Below are positions 63,939-64,000 of a stretch of DNA of 64,000 bases, piece by piece; position 1 is the stretch's first letter, and each line of letters starts with the position of its first letter. The notes beneath the pieces were generated by a model. It did no database searches. It saw only the letters and a program-made list of their open reading frames with translations, and had not been told where the DNA came from. The position numbers were made by a program, and so were the translations under genes. Origin of the DNA: Fistulifera solaris (taxonomy: Eukaryota); the NCBI GenBank assembly GCA_030295235.1, contig AP026154.1, forward strand, positions 186,001 through 250,000, in the 5' to 3' direction.

Positions 63939-64000
<62 letters not shown>
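62913..64000 (-). rRNA. 28S (LSU) rRNA, 3' portion; continues beyond the window
   Basis: Reverse complements of universal LSU motifs (GGATAACTGGCTTGTGGCAGCCAAG, CCGTCGTGAGACAGGTTAG, AGTACGAGAGGAAC sarcin-ricin loop, TTAAGGTAGCCAAATGCC). Ends in GATTTGT near 62913. Confidence 0.97.

Noticed and set aside
63240..64000. R2 retrotransposon or group I intron in the 28S
   Set aside because: The TTAAGGTAGCCAAATGCC target and the CCGTCGTGAGACAG site are uninterrupted.

Overview
This is eukaryotic nuclear DNA, most consistent with a pennate diatom. Evidence: compact genes, short GT-AG introns, ASAFAP-type plastid presequences, a DUF6824-like protein and a family-C-like GPCR. The window holds about 29 protein-coding loci. 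They include an ABCC transporter, a GST/Grx-fold protein, a sulfotransferase, a secreted beta-helix protein, Mon1, two tandem subtilisins, a PurD-PurN-PurM fusion, plastid TPI, an MFS transporter, a phosducin-like protein, a class-V aminotransferase, an SDR, a GT14, cyclophilin, bystin, Rad7, two MscS-like channels, a NAA10-like protein, a RING-H2 protein, a DnaJ and LST8. The window ends in the 3' end of a minus-strand 28S rRNA gene. Many conserved genes carry single-base frameshifts, often in homopolymers, most likely long-read assembly errors. The most notable non-coding signals are: (1) a recurrent intergenic dyad CAYGACTG-SAWTT-CAGTCAYG; (2) two arrays of 34-bp hairpin repeats (core CCAGA-TTT-TCTGG); (3) a ~75-bp hairpin element in two copies; (4) a decayed IS630/Tc1-mariner-like transposase between the subtilisin duplicates; (5) a candidate mini-Helitron. 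I found no convincing new multi-gene system. All calls come from reading motifs by eye, with no database searches.
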